Positions 40,988 through 60,471 of a stretch of DNA of 64,000 nt are shown in pieces; position 1 is the first letter of the stretch, and every line of letters begins with the position of its first letter. The stretch lies in assembly GCA_002269645.1 (NCBI GenBank), contig NIVC01000124.1, forward strand, positions 248,001 to 312,000, written 5' to 3'. The notes beneath the pieces are model-generated. The model was not told the origin of the DNA. It made no database searches and was given only the letters and a program-made list of their open reading frames with translations. The position numbers and the translations under genes are program-made. The stretch is from Macrostomum lignano (Eukaryota).

Positions 40988-41752
40988 GGCGCCTTCTGAC
41001 TTATTCACTTAATTTGGCGCCTTCTGACTTATTCACTTAATTTGGCGCCTTCTGACTTATTCACTTAATTTGGCGCTTTCTGACTTATTCACTTAATTTG
41101 GCGCCTTCTGACTTATTCACTTAATTTGGCGCCTTCTGACTTATTTACCGAATTTGGCGCCTTCTGACTTATTCACTTAATTTGGCGCTTTCTGACTTAT
41201 TCACTTAATTTGGCGCCTTCTGACTCATTCACTTAATTTGGCGCCTTCTGACTTATTCACTTAATTTGGCGCCTTCTGACTTATTCACTTAATTTGGCGC
41301 CTTCTGACTCATTCACTTAATTTGGCGCCTTCTGACTTATTCACTTAATTTGGCGCCTTCTGACTTATTCACTTAATTTGGCGCCTTCTGACTCATTCAC
41401 TTAATTTGGCGCCTTCTGACTTATTCACTTAATTTGGCGCCTTCTGACTTATTTACCGAATTTGGCGCCTTCTGACTCATTCACTTTATTTGGCGCCTTC
41501 TGACTTATTTACCGAATTTGGCGCCTTCTGACTTATTCACTTAATTTGGCGCCTTCTGACTTATTCACTTTATTTGGCGCCTTCTGACTTATTCACTTAA
41601 AAAGGCGCCTTCTGACTCATTCACTTAATTTGGCGCCTTCTGACTTACTCACTTTATTTGGCGCCTTCTGACTTATTCACTTTATTTGGCGCCTTCTGAC
41701 TCATTAAACTAATTTGGCGCCTTCTGACTTATTCACTTTATTTGGCGCCTCC
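40988..41752. repeat. 28-bp ggcgcc minisatellite (unit 3)
   Basis: Homolog of 411-1150. Confidence 0.93.
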
Positions 41753-42249
41753 ATGGCGTCAACAATCTTGGCGCCTCCAGTCAAACGCTCGACTTTGTTG
41801 AGTTCCCAATTCGCTAGCCGCATCCACCCCCCAAGAATTCCTGACCAATGGGAACTGTGCTAGCCAGTATTTTCTAAGGCTTAATACCCTCACAGTAGTG
41901 TATAAAATATGCTGAAAAATTCCAATAGGAATTTTGTCCTCTTCGCCGCGTTATTTTCTCATTTGAAATGCTCAAATAAACAACTAATTCACGCGAGGTT
42001 CGATTTTAAACGAAAACTACAGTTCAAACTATGGAAGGTGTAAAATTAACCCGATCCAAGTCGCTGCCCGATTCGAGACTATTCGAAGCTTTGGTTCGAA
42101 AATTTTCCAGGTGAGCCATGTTGCCCCCCCCCCCCTAATCTCACCTCATTAGCACCTGTTTAATGAATGTATTCTGGGCAATAATGCTCAGTAATGATGC
42201 TTAATACCGAAATGTCGTCGAATCCAAACTTGGGAATTCTTTGTCAACT

Positions 42250-42922
42250 GGGGATCTGGGAGGGCGGCCGCCCAGCAACTGGGGATCTGGGAGGGCGGCC
42301 GCCCAGCAACTGGGGATCTGGGAGGGCGGCCGCCCAGCAACTGGGGATCTGGGAGGGCGGCCGCCCAGCAACTGGGGATCTGGGAGGGCGGCCGCCCAGC
42401 AACTGGGGATCTGGGAGGCTGGCCCAGCAACTGAGGATCTGGGAGGCTGGCCCAGCAACTGAGGATCTGGGAGGCTGGCTCAGCAACTGAGGATCTGGGA
42501 GGCTGGTCCAGCAACTGAGGATTTGAGAGGCTGGCCCAGCAACTGAGGATCTGAGAGGCTGGCTCAGCAACTGAGGATCTGAGAGGCTGGCTCAGCAACT
42601 GAGGATCTGAGAGGCTGGCCCAGCAACTGAGGATCTGAGAGGCTGGCCAAGCAACTGAGGATCTGGGAGGGCAGCCGCCCAGCAACTGAGGATCTGGAAG
42701 GCTGTCTCAGCAACTGAGGATCTGAGAGGCTGGCTCAGCAACTGAGGATCTGAGAGGCTGGCCCAGCAACTGAGGATTTAGGAGGCTGGCTCAGCAACTG
42801 AGAATCTGGGAGGCTGGCTCAGCAACTGAGGATCTGGGAGGCTGGTCCAGCAACTGAGGATTTGAGAGGCTGGCCCAGCAACTTAGGATCTGGGAGGCTG
42901 GTCCAGCAACTGAGAATCTGGG
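42250..42922. repeat. 28/31-bp ggaggctgg minisatellite (unit 3); second array 44190-45452
   Basis: Direct inspection. Confidence 0.93.
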
Positions 42923-43408
42923 CAGTCCATTCCCAGCGGCTACTCTGGACGCTTTGGCTTCGATATTACCAATCTATTAATATTTCTGGGTGTCAGGACT
43001 GGATTAAGAGAGCTGGCCAGCTTCCAGCGCCCTCTCGGTCTGGGAATGTCTCGGCCGCGAACTGTGCAGATGATTTATGGCGCATGTTACAATACGCTGG
43101 GGAAAATAGGGATTTCAATGCATCTAATACATGTATAAAGATATATATATATATATATTTAGGTCTGCGAAACTGGGAGCTCAAGTCGTCAGATTATGCT
43201 TGATAGGATTTCGGGTGCTCAACTGGTGGATATTTTGTTGCGTCTTATTTTTGATTGTGGTGTCTTTGTTGTCTTAGCAATTGAGGTTGTTGTTGAAATC
43301 GAAGTTTTCGTAGTTTTGAGGTTATTGTTGTTGTTGTTGAAATTGTGGTGGTTGTTGTTGTTGAAATTGAGGTTGTTGTTGTTGTTGTTGTTGTTGTTGA
43401 AATTCAGG

Positions 43409-43443
<35 letters not shown>

Positions 43444-46194
43444 GAAATTCAGGTTGTTGTTGTTGTTGAAATTGAGGTTGTCATTGTTATTTTTATTGAT
43501 TTAATTGAGGTTGTTGTTTTTGAAATTGAAGTCGCTGTCGGTGTTGTCGGTGTTGAAATCGAAGTTATTGTTACTGTTGATAAAATTATAAGTTCTTTGT
43601 TATTGTTATTGTTAAAATTGACGTTGCCGTTGTTATTTTTCAATTTGAAATTGTACTTTTATTAATGTAAGGGTCATGGACGGCTGAACCCTTGGCTAAC
43701 ATCAGCGGGCCAAATACAATTTGTCATTAGTACTGTAAGTAACTGTAAGCGCCAGAAACGGCAGGGCAGGAGTAATGGGATCAAAAGCAAGGAAAGGTGC
43801 ACGTGGAAAAAATGGCATAGCGAAGGTGGACAGCTCGATCGGTTTCCGCACTAATGCCTTATTTATTTTTATTAGATTGTCGTCCAGAGCTTAAAAGTTG
43901 TGTCCGCAGCAACAGTTGCCGCATAATTTCACCGAAATGCTTTCATATTTCTGCTCTGTCTGTCCTTCACCAGCTTTTAGAATGATTTGCCATCTTTCTC
44001 TGACGGAAGAAGCATCCTCATTGGCCATTCCATCTAGAAGAAAAAATGCAAAAGCAATTAGCCGCAGATTCCTGCACTCCAGCCGAAATTGCAATACGAT
44101 TTATCTTTGCCTCGGCATCAACTGCTGGCTGCTGCCGCCGAGACTGAAGGGGTCCTGTGGAGTTTCATCGCTCTTTTGAGTCAAGGAGGGTCTGGGAGCT
44201 GCGAGGGTACCGGTAGCTCAGCAACTGAGGGTCTGGGAGCTGCGAGGGTGGCGGTAGCTCAGCAACTGAGGGTCTGGGAGCTGCGAGGGTGGCGGTAGCT
44301 CAGCAACTGAGAATCTGGGAGCTGCGAGGGTGGCGGTAGCTCAGCAACTGAGAATCTGGGAGGCTGGTCCAGCAACTGAGGATTTAGGAGGCTGGCCCAG
44401 CAACTGAGGATCTGGGAGGCTGGCCCAGCAACTGAGGATCTGGGAGGCTGGTCCAGCAACTGAGGATTTAGGAGGCTGGCCCAGCAACTGAGGATCTGGG
44501 AGGCTGGCCCAGCAACTGAGGATCTGGGAGGCTGGTCCAGCAACTGAGGATTTAGGAGGCTGGCCCAGCAACTGAGGATCTGGGAGGCTGGCCCAGCAAC
44601 TGAGGATCTGGGAGGCTGGTCCAGCAACTGAGGATTTAGGAGGCTGGCCCAGCAACTGAGGATCTGGGAGGCTGGCCCAGCAACTGAAGATTTTGGAGGC
44701 TGGCTCAGAAACTGAGGATTTAGGAGGCTGGCCCAGCAACTGAGGATCTGGCTAGCCCAGCAACCGAGAATCTGGGAGGCTGGCCCAACAACTGAGGATC
44801 TGGGAGGCTGGCCCAGCAACCGAGAATCTGAGAGGCCAACCCAGCAACTGAGGATCTGGGAGGCTGGCCCAGCAACCGAGAATCTGAGAGGCTAACCCAG
44901 CAACTGAGGATCTGGGAGGCTGGCCCAGCAACCGAGGATTTGGGAGGCTGGCCCAGCAACTGAGGATCTGGGAGACTGGATCAGCAACTGAGGATCTGGG
45001 AGGCTGGATCAGCAACTGAGGATCTGGGAGGCTGGATCAGCAACTGAGGATTTAGGAGGCTGGCCCAGCAACTGAGGATCTGGCTAGCCCAGCAACCGAG
45101 AATCTGGGAGGCTGGCCCAGCAACTGAGGATCTGGGAGGCTGGCCCAGCAACCGAGGATTTGGGAGGCTGGCCCAGCAACTGAGGATCTGGGAGGCTGGA
45201 TCAGCAACTGAGGATCTGGGAGGCTGGCCCAGCAACTGATGATCTGGGAGGCTGGCCCAGCAACCGAGGATTTGGGAGGCTGGCCCAGCAACTGAGGATC
45301 TGGGAGACTGGATCAGCAACTGAGGATCTGGGAGGCTGGATCAGCAACTGAGGATCTGGGAGGCTGGATCAGCAACTGAGGATTTAGGAGGCTGGCCCAG
45401 CAACTGAGGATCTGGGAGGCTAGCCCAGCAACTGAGGATCTGGGAGGCTGGTGGCCTAGAAACTGAGAATAATCCAGCGCCCCATCTCCGCCTCTCCAGC
45501 ATCCCCAGCTCAGTCGGCATGGCCGGCCGCAGCTGCAGCCGGCAGGACTCGCAGGCCCTCCGTGAGGCCTACTCAAGCAGCGAATGCGACTCAACATCTT
45601 CATCTTCATCAAGCTCTGAGAGCCTCTCCAGCTGCAGCAGCAGCGACTCGGAGGAATCCAACGATTGCTCAGCTTCCTCGAGTGCTTCATCAACGTCTTC
45701 ATCCTCCTTCGAAGGATCGGTTCAGGTCGACAGCGTGTCGACAGATCGCCGCCCCGACTCCGATCAGTTGAGTTTCATCGATTTGCGAGGCGCCAGGAGG
45801 CGCCAAGATCGGCGCCAAGATCGGCGCCAAGATCGGCGCCCGCTGAGCGCGCTGTCAGAGGAGTCCACCGAGAGTGGCGACGGCAGCGCTTCGGCGTCAG
45901 CTGCTGCTGCATCGGCGGCAGCGGCAGCAGCTGGGCCTAGGCCTGCCAGTTATATGATTTACTCAACATATCGGCGCTGGATTATCTAATTATATTGAGA
46001 ATGGCTATAAGCCTATTCAGTACCTTGTTTGTTTTTATGTGAGAAAGTCTATCTGCTCAGAGAAATGAGCTACTAAAAGTGCACAAAATGTACTGCACAT
46101 TCTCTGTTGCTTGATGAGAACAATGCGTATGGCTGATAAAAAATCTGTAAAGTCTGAAGTGTGATGTCCAACACGAGGAAAAAAGGAGGAAGAG

Positions 46195-47580
46195 TGATGT
46201 GTCAGATTAGTGAAGAATGATGTGTCAGATTATGGAAAGAATAATGTGTCAGATTAGTGAAGAATTATTTGTCAGATTATAGAAAGAATGATGTGTCAGA
46301 TTAGGCATGAATGATGTGTCAGATTACGGAAAGAATGATGTGTCAGATTAGGCATGAATGATGTGTCAGATTATGGAAAGAATGATGTGTCAGATTATGG
46401 AAAGAATGATGTGTCAGATTATGGAAAGAATGATGTGTCAGATTATGGAAAGAATGATGTGTCAGATTATGGAAAGAATGATGTGTCAGATTATGGAAAG
46501 AATGATGTGTCAGATTATGGAAAGAATGATGTGTCAGATTATGGAAAGAATGATGTGTCAGATTATGGAAAGAATGATGTGTCAGATTAGTGAAGAATGA
46601 TGTGTCAGATTATGAAAGGAATGATGCGTCAGATGATGGAAGGAATAATGTGTCAGATTAGGCATGAATGATGTGTCAGATTAGTGAATAATGATGTGTC
46701 AGATTATGGAAAGAATGATGTGTCAGATTATGGAAAGAATGATGTGTCAGATTATGGAAAGAATGATGTGTCAGATTATGAAAAGAATGATGTGTCAGAT
46801 TATGGAAAGAGTGATGTGTCAGATTATGAAAAGAATGATGTGTCAGATTATGAAAGAGTGATGTGTCAGATTATGGAAAGAATGATGTGTCAGATTAGTG
46901 AAGAATGATTTGTCAGATTATGAAAAGAATGATGTGTCAGATTTTGGAAAGAATGATGTGTCAGATTATGAAAGAGTGATGTGTCAGATTATGAAAAGAA
47001 TGATGTGTCAGATTATGAAAGAGTGATGCGTCAGATTATGAGAAGAATAATGTGTCAGATTATGGAAAGAATGATGTGTCAGATTATGAAAAGAATGATG
47101 CGTCAGATTATGGAAAGAATGATGTGTCAGATTATGGAAAGAATGATGTGTCAGATTATGGAAATAATGATGTGTCAGATTATGAATAGAATGATGTGTC
47201 AGATTATGAGAAGATGATGTGTCAGATTATGGAAAGAATGATGTGTCAGATTATGAATAGAATGATGTGTCAGATTATGGAAAGATTGATGTGTCAGATT
47301 ATGGAAAGAGTGATGTGTCAGATTATGAAAGAGTGATGTGTCAGATTATGAAAAGAATGATGTGTCAGATTATGAAAGAGTGATGTGTCAGATTATGAAT
47401 AGAATGATGTGTCAGATTATGGAAAGAGTGATGTGTCAGATTATGAAAAGAATGATGTGTCAGATTATGGAAAGAGTGATGTGCCAGATTATGAAAAGAA
47501 TAATGCGTCAGATTATGAAAGAGTGATGTGTCAGATTATGAAAGAGTGATGTGTCAGATTATGAAAGAGTGATGTGTCAA
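46195..47580. repeat. 24-bp minisatellite (unit 3)
   Basis: Homolog of 4865-5910. Confidence 0.94.
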
Positions 47581-48390
47581 GCTAGTAAAGTGTCAGCAAA
47601 TTGAGGGGTTCATCATGAATCAATGTACTTACAAACGGTCTATCCGAAAATTCTAAAGACCTTCTACATTTTTGAGGATCAGTCATTCGAGTAAAAATGT
47701 GTTTAGTACTATTCTAAACAGAAAGTTCTACAAGATCCCCCTGTAGTCAATCAATGCCTTAAGTCAGGCCAAAGCAGTGCTTAAGACCCTAAAAGTTCTC
47801 TTGTGCTTGCTCAGCTCGCGTGAAAATTTCATAACGAGTTGGTTCTTCAACTCTCATTAGAGACACTCGGTTATATGAGTAGGATGCGATCAATAGGGCT
47901 CAATGCACTACTTTATTCAATGAGTAGTACAGAAGCTTTTACATCGTATTATATATTTGGTTTCTGATTACAATAGTGCGGTTGTGAAGTACGCGAAATA
48001 TATCGGAATTCCGTTGTGAAGAGGTCCGCATATTACAGTTTAGATTTTGATTAAACTAAGGGCGAACTAGATCAAGAGGTGTCGGGCAGGGACAGAAATG
48101 TCGTTGGTGTCAGAAGGCGCTGAAATTTAGTGTCAAATTTTGGCACTGATATCTGGGTTGATTGCGCGCCAAATGATGTGTCAATTGGGCGTCAGAAGGG
48201 CACTGAGTTTATTGCCAGGACGGGCGCTAAGTTTATTGCCAGGAGGGGCCTGTAAATTTGTGTCAGGATGGGCGCTAAAATAAGTGTCAGGATGGCGCCA
48301 AATTTGATGTTTGCAGGGCTTGTTCATACTCATTAAGGAATTTTATCCTTACACTGGAAGGTTAACTGGAAGGCGTCAGAAGTCCGTCGA

Positions 48391-53598
<5,208 letters not shown>

Positions 53599-53850
53599 TA
53601 CCTTCACTTTGAGAGGCAAATTTCACACACGAGTAAGAGATTTTCTGTTGCAACAACGCCATAATAGTTGGCTTTTAATTCCTGCGAATTTAGATAAACC
53701 TGGAAGGTTTTTGCGCGCAGCAGGCTATCTTGTACAATCAGACCACGTGACTTGATTGCAGTGCGGCCTGAGGGTTACTGTGCAGCGTGCAGCCAAACTG
53801 CTAAGCCATTTGGAATCAGTCAGTCAGTCAGTCAGTCAGTCAGTCACTCA

Positions 53851-53886
<36 letters not shown>

Positions 53887-54814
53887 ATTCAGTCAGTCAG
53901 TCACTCAAGTCAGTCAGTCAGTCAGTCAGTCAGTCAGTCAGTCAGTCAGTCAGTCAGTCAGTCAGTCAGTCAGTCAGTCAGTCAGTCAGTCAGTCAGTCA
54001 GTCAGTCAGTCAGTCAGTCAGTCAGTCAGTCAGTCAGTCAGTCAGTCAGTCAGTCAGTCAGTCAGTCAGTCAGTCAGTCAGTCAGTCAGTCAGTCAGTCA
54101 GTCAGTCAGTCAGTCAGTCAGTCAGTCAGTCAGTCAGTCAGTCAGTCAGTCAGTCAGTCAGACAGTCAGTCAGTCAGTCAGTCAGTCAGTCAGTCAGTCA
54201 GACAGTCAGTCAGACAGTCAGTCAGTCAGTCAGTCAGTCAGTCAGTCAGTCAGTCAGTCAGTCAGTCAGTCAGTCAGTCAGTCAGTCAGTCAGTCAGTCA
54301 GTCAGTCAGTCAGTCAGTCAGTCAGTCAGTCAGACAGTCAGTCAGTCAGTCAGTCAGTCAGTCAGTCAGTCAGCCAGTTAGTCAGTCAGACAGTTCCCAT
54401 TAAGCATCATGAATCCATCAGAGAAATTCGGTGAAAGCTGATGCGGCACAAATATCCTCAATCCTATTTATTTACTTCATCATGGAGGCTGAACAGGCCA
54501 TCAGGCTCCCAAATAGACCGCCAGTTTTCGGTCAGGAATGCAGAACAGTTTTACAACTGCGCAAGTGAACTGCTGGGCCACTCCGAGCTTTTAGAGGCAG
54601 GTGTGAGTGGCGCATCAGGTTAATTGCTGCATGGGGGTTGGGGGCTGATTGCCAAACACATCTTCTTCAGCTCTTCATCTGGGGGGTGGTGTCCCAACTG
54701 CAAATGGAAAACACAGAAAGCCCCCAACAAAATGCCAAGAAGATAAAAAGGCAAAGTTTGAAAAATCAAGCAGAACAAGGGCTGTTTTGACCTGAATATC
54801 CCCTGCACAAAAGC

Positions 54815-56665
54815 ATGCATTTCTTCACCCCAATATGCCTGCTTTTGTTGGCTTCCACTGCTCTGTGCGGTCGCAGCAGAAATGAAACCGAAGCCAGAAT
54901 TTGGCTGAAAGATTTCACTGAGATGTACAGAAAATATCTGACAGCAATGCACGAAGCAGCTTGGACTGCTCAAGTAGGCTTGAGTCCTGGCAACCAGAGT
55001 GAGAAGGCCGAGAATTTGACGGATTACGGAGAATTCCGCCGCATGAAGCGATTAGAAATGGATCAGCTGTTTGATTGGCGCAATTTTCGGAATGAAACCT
55101 TGAGACGATTGTTCTCCAAGGCGGCCGACATTGGCTTCTCTGTTCTGAACGATACGGAAAAACGAACGCTCGTGAGATCTCAGACTGTCATAAATCGTGT
55201 TGAAATTGCCGAGATTCCCTGCCCAAGATTCCCCTCTTAAGATTCCCTTCCCGAGATTCAATACCAGAGATTCCCCTTCCCGAGATTCCCCTTCCTGAGA
55301 TTCCCCTTCCCGAGATTCCCCTTCCCGAGATTCCCCTGCTCGAGATTCCCCTTCCTGAGATTCCCCTTCCCGAGATTCCCCTTCTCAAGATTCCCCTTCC
55401 CGAGATTCCCCTTCCCGAGATACCCCTTCCCGAGATTCCCCTTCCCGAGATACCCCTTCCCGAGATTCCCCTGCTCGAGATTCCCCTTCCTGAGATTCCC
55501 CTTCCCGAGATTCCCCTGCTCGAGATTCCTCTTCCCGAGATTCCCGTTCCCGAGATTCCCCTTTCCAAGATTCTCTTTCCCGAGATTTTCTTCCTGAGAT
55601 TCCCTACCCAAGATTTCTCTCCCAAGATTCCCTTGCCGAGAATTTCTGCCTAAGATTCCCTTCCTGAGATTCCCTACGCCAGATTCCCTACCCGAGATTC
55701 CCTATTAGAAATTCCCCTTCCCGAGATTCCCCTCTCCAAGATTCTCTTTCCCGAGATATTCTTCCTGAGATTCCCTGCCCAAGATTCCCCTCTTAAGATT
55801 CCCTTCCCGAGATTCCATACCAGAGATTCCCCTGCCCGAGATTCCCCTTCCCGAGATTCCCCTTCCCGAGATTCCCCTGCCCGAGATTTCACTTCCCGAG
55901 ATTCCCCTTCCCGAGATTCCCCTTCCCGAGATTCCCCTCTCCAAGATTCTCTTTCCCGAGATTTTTTTCCTGAGATTTTCTACCCAAGATTCCTCTTCCA
56001 AGATTCCCTTTCCGAGAATTTCTGCCTAAGTTTCCCTTCCTGAGATTCCCTACGCTAGATTCCCTACCCGAGATTCCTTAACAGAAATTCCCCTTTCCAA
56101 GATTCCCTTAATGGAGATTCCCTACTTGAGATTCCCCTTCCCGAGATTCACCTTCCCGAGATTCCCCTTCCCGAGATTCACCTTCCCGAGATTTCCCTTC
56201 CCGAGATTCACCTTCCCGAGATTCCCCTTTCCAAGATTCTCTATCCCGAGATTCTTTTTCCAAGATTCTCTTCCCGAGGTTCCCTACCCAAGATTCGCCT
56301 CCAAGATTCCCTTCCCGAGAATTTCTTCCTTAGATTCCCTTCCTGAGATTCCTTACGCCAGATTCCCTACCCGAGATTCCCTATTAGAAATTCCCCTTTC
56401 CGAAATTCCCTTAATGGAGATTCCCTAATTGAGATTCCCCTTCTCGAGATTCCCCTTCTCGAGATTCCCCTTCCCGAGATTCCCCCTCCCGAGATCCCCC
56501 CTCCCGAGATTCCCCTTCCCGAGATTCCCCCTCCCGAGATTCCCCTTCCTGAGATTCCTTTTCTTCCATCATTCCTATCAAAGCCGGTCAACCGCACGCA
56601 TTTTCAGCGCAACAAGCTGATCTCCCAAATGTCAAATGTCTACCGATTGGCGACAGTTGAAGATC
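54815..56665 (+). pseudogene. ACE-B3: ACE paralog fragment (exon 1 54815-55171 intact, exon 2 56608-56665 truncated)
   Basis: Exon 2 breaks at gaagatc and runs straight into the 18-bp array. Confidence 0.85.
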
Positions 56666-57040
56666 AGTGATGGAGGGACTGTGACTGTGATGGAGTGACT
56701 GTGACTGTGATGGAGTGACTGTGACTGTGATGGAGTGACTGTGACTGTGATGGAGTGACTGTGACTGTGATGAAGTGACTGTAACTGTGATGAAGTGACT
56801 GTAACTATGATGAAGCGACTGTGAGTGTGATGGAGTGACTGTGACTGTGATGAAGTGACTGCGAGTGTGATGGAGTGACTGTGAATGCGATGGAGTGACA
56901 GTTGGTGTAATAGAGTGACAGTGAGAGTAACAGAGTGACTGTGACTGTGATGGAGTTACTGTGAATGCGATGGAGTGACAAGAGGTGAGACGGAGTGACA
57001 GCGAGTGTGAAAGTGTGACAGTGAGTGTGACAGAATGACA
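56666..57040. repeat. 18-bp minisatellite (unit 3), fused to truncated ACE-B exon 2
   Basis: Direct inspection. Confidence 0.9.
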
Positions 57041-57616
57041 GTATGATGAGAAGAGATTTGCACTCTCCAGATTTCTTTTTCAAGGTGTCCCTGGCGCGAC
57101 CGTCAAGAGAGTGAGGGGTAAGGGGGATATTTTCCAGAGCTAGGGGAGCACTTCCCAAATCACAGGGGGCTGCCCGGCCAGCTGATTAAAATTAATTAGG
57201 TCCGTCCGAATGCAAATTAGTGGCCGCTGCGCCAGCTAGGGGTGTGGGGGTGTCTTTCGCGGAATCTCTGAGTCCAGTCAGCAAGTATATGAGATCCTCA
57301 GGCCTTTATCAGAGTATAGCAAGTTTCCCTCACTCTGCGCTTTTGCCCGAGATTTCTGGCCAGCCGCTTTGAAGGATTTGAAAGACGAGGGAAAAAAACT
57401 TTTTTTCACGGCTTCAAGAATGGCGGTCGGTCATGATTGCTGCTTTGAGAGAAAAATAAAGTTCTTAACTTTTATTTTGTCTGGCTTCAGCGAGATTTCC
57501 AAGATAGGGTTTCCCTGTATTGGAAGTTTCTAGAAAATCTTCCTAATTGGGGTGCCACAGAATTAATATTAACTAGGGCTGTGAATGAGCACTGCGAATG
57601 AGACAGGCGTGAAAAT

Positions 57617-58890
57617 GAGTGTGATGAAGTGACTGTGTGTGCGATGGAGTGACTGTGAGAGTGATGGAGTGACAATGAGTGAGATGGAGTGACAATGAGT
57701 GTGATGGAGTGACAGTGAGTGTGATGGAGTGACAATGAGTGTGATGGAGTGACAGTGAGTGTGATGAAGTGACAGTGAGTGTAATGGAGTGACAGTGAGT
57801 GTGATGGAGTGACTGTGAGTGCGATGGAGTGACAGTGAGTGTGATGGAGTGACAATGAGTGTGATGAAGTGACTGTGTGTGCGATGGAGTGACTGTGAGA
57901 GTGATGGAGTGACAATGAGTGTGATGGAGTGACTGTGAGTGCGATGGAGTGACTGTGAGAGTGATGGAGTGACAATGAGTGTGATGGAGTGACAATGAGT
58001 GTGATGGAGTGACAATGAGTGTGATGAAGTGACTGTGTGTGCGATGGAGTGACTGTGAGAGTGATGGAGTGACAATGAGTGAGATGGAGTGACAATGAGT
58101 GTGATGGAGTGACAGTGAGTGTGATGGAGTGACAATGAGTGTGATGGAGTGACAGTGAGTGTAATGGAGTGACAGTGAGTGTAATGGAGTGACAGTGAGT
58201 GTGATGGAGTGACTGTGAGTGCGATGGAGTGACTGTGAGAGTGATGGAGTGACAATGAGTGTGATGGAGTGACAGTGAGTGTGATGGAGTGACAATGAGT
58301 GTGATGAAGTGACTGTGAGTGCGATGGAGTGACTGTGAGAGTGATGGAGTGACAATGAGTGTGATGGAGTGACAATGAGTGTGATGGAGTGACAGTGAGT
58401 GTAATGGAGTGACAGTGAGTGTAATGGAGTGACAGTGAGTGTGATGGAGTGACTGTGAGTGTGATGGAGTGACTGTGTGTGCGATGGAGTGACTGTGAGA
58501 GTGATGGAGTGACAATGAGTGTGATGGAGTGACAGTGAGTGTGATGAAGTGACAGTGAGTGTAATGGAGTGACAGTGAGTGTGATGGAGTGACAGTGAAT
58601 GTGATGGAGTGACAGTGAGTGTGATGGAGTGACAATGAGTGTGATGGAGTGACAGTGAGTGTGATGGAGTGACAGTGAGTGTAATAGAGTGATTGTGAGT
58701 GTGATATAGTGACTGTGAGTGTGATGGAGTGACAGTGAGTGTGATGGAGTGACAGTGAGTGTAATAGAGTGATTGTGAGTGTGATAGAGTGACTGTGAGT
58801 GTGATAGAGTGACTGTGAGTGTGATGGTGTGACTGTGAGTGTGATGGAGTGACAGTGAGTGTAATAGAGTGACAGTGAGAGTGATAGAGT
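57617..58890. repeat. 18-bp minisatellite, expanded to about 1.27 kb
   Basis: Direct inspection. Confidence 0.94.
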
Positions 58891-59197
58891 CAGTGTAAGT
58901 ATGAGAGACAGACAATGAGTCGTACAGAGTGACAGTGCTAGGGTGAGAGTGACAGTGAAATAGAGGGAGACTGACAAAATGAGACAATATTATGGTGAGG
59001 CAGTAAGAAATTAAATCAACACTACTTTTATTTGTATGGCAATTTTCAGTTCCAGATTTAATAACTTTATTCGACTAGAAAAATAATTCTTTAGTTGTAC
59101 TTTTAAGTTTAACAGCAGACTGCGGTATGTAACTTGCGAGTGACAAATTACCAAGCCAGTCTCATTAACCTCCTAATTCTATAAGGCGGCTTGTGGG

Positions 59198-59970
59198 GGC
59201 GCCTTCTGACTTATTCACTTAAATTGGCGCCTTCTGACTCATTCACTTAATTTGGCCCCCTTTGACTAATTCACTTTATTTGGCGCCTTCTGACTTATTC
59301 ACTTAATTTAGCGCCTTCTGACCTATTCACCTAATTTGGCGCCTTCTGACTTATTCACTTAATTTGGCGCCTTCTGACTCATTCACTTAATTTGGCGCCT
59401 TCTGACTCATTCACTTAATTTGGCGCCTTCTGACTTATTCACTTAATTTGGCGCCTTCTGACTTATTCACTTAATTTGGCGCCTTTTGACTCATTCACTT
59501 TATTTGGTGCCTTCTGACTTATTTACTTTATTTGGCGCCTTCTGACGCATTCACCTAATTTGGCGCCTCCTGACTTATTCACTTTATTTGGCGCCTTCTG
59601 ACTTATTCACTTAATTTGGTGCCTTCTGACTTATTTACCGAATTCGGCGCCTTCTGACTCATTCACTTTATTTGGCGCCTTCTGACTTATTTACCGAATT
59701 CGGCGCCTTCTGACTCATTAAACTAATTTTGTGCCTTCTGACTTATTCACTTTATTGGCGCCTTCTGACTTATTCACTTAATTTGGCGCCTTCTGACTCA
59801 TTCACCTAATTTGGCGCCTTCTGACTTATTCACTTAATTTGGCGCCTTCTGATTTATTCACTTTATTTGGCGCCTTCTGACTTATTCACTTAATTTGGCG
59901 CCTTCTGACTTATTCACTTAATTTGGCGCCTTGTGACTCATTCACCTAATTTGGCGCCTTGTGATGCAAC
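59198..59970. repeat. 28-bp ggcgcc minisatellite (unit 4)
   Basis: Homolog of 411-1150. Confidence 0.93.
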
Positions 59971-60471
59971 CATGTCGCCTCCTGACACCAATCTTGGCGC
60001 CTCCAGTCAAACGCTCGACTTTGTTGAGTTCCCAATTCGCTAGCCGCATCAACCCCCAAGAATTCCTGACCAATGGGAACTGTGCTAGCCAGTATTTTCT
60101 AAGGCTTAATACCCTCACAGTAGTGTATAAAATATGCTGAAAAATTCCAATAGGAATTTTGTCATCTTCGCCGCGTTCTTTTCTCATTTAAAATGCTCAA
60201 ATAAACAAATAATTCACGCGAGGTTCGATTTTAAACGAAAACTACAGCTCAAACTATGGAAGGTGTAAAATTAACCCAATCCAAGTCGCTGCCCGATTCG
60301 AGACTATTCGAAGCTTTGGTTCGAAAATTTTCCAGGTGAGCCATGTTGCCCCCCCCTAATCTCACCTCATTAGCACCTGTTTAATGAATGTATCCTGAGC
60401 AGTGATGCTCAGTAATGATGCTTAGTACAGAAATGTCGTCGAATCCAAACTTGGGAATACTTTGTCAACTG

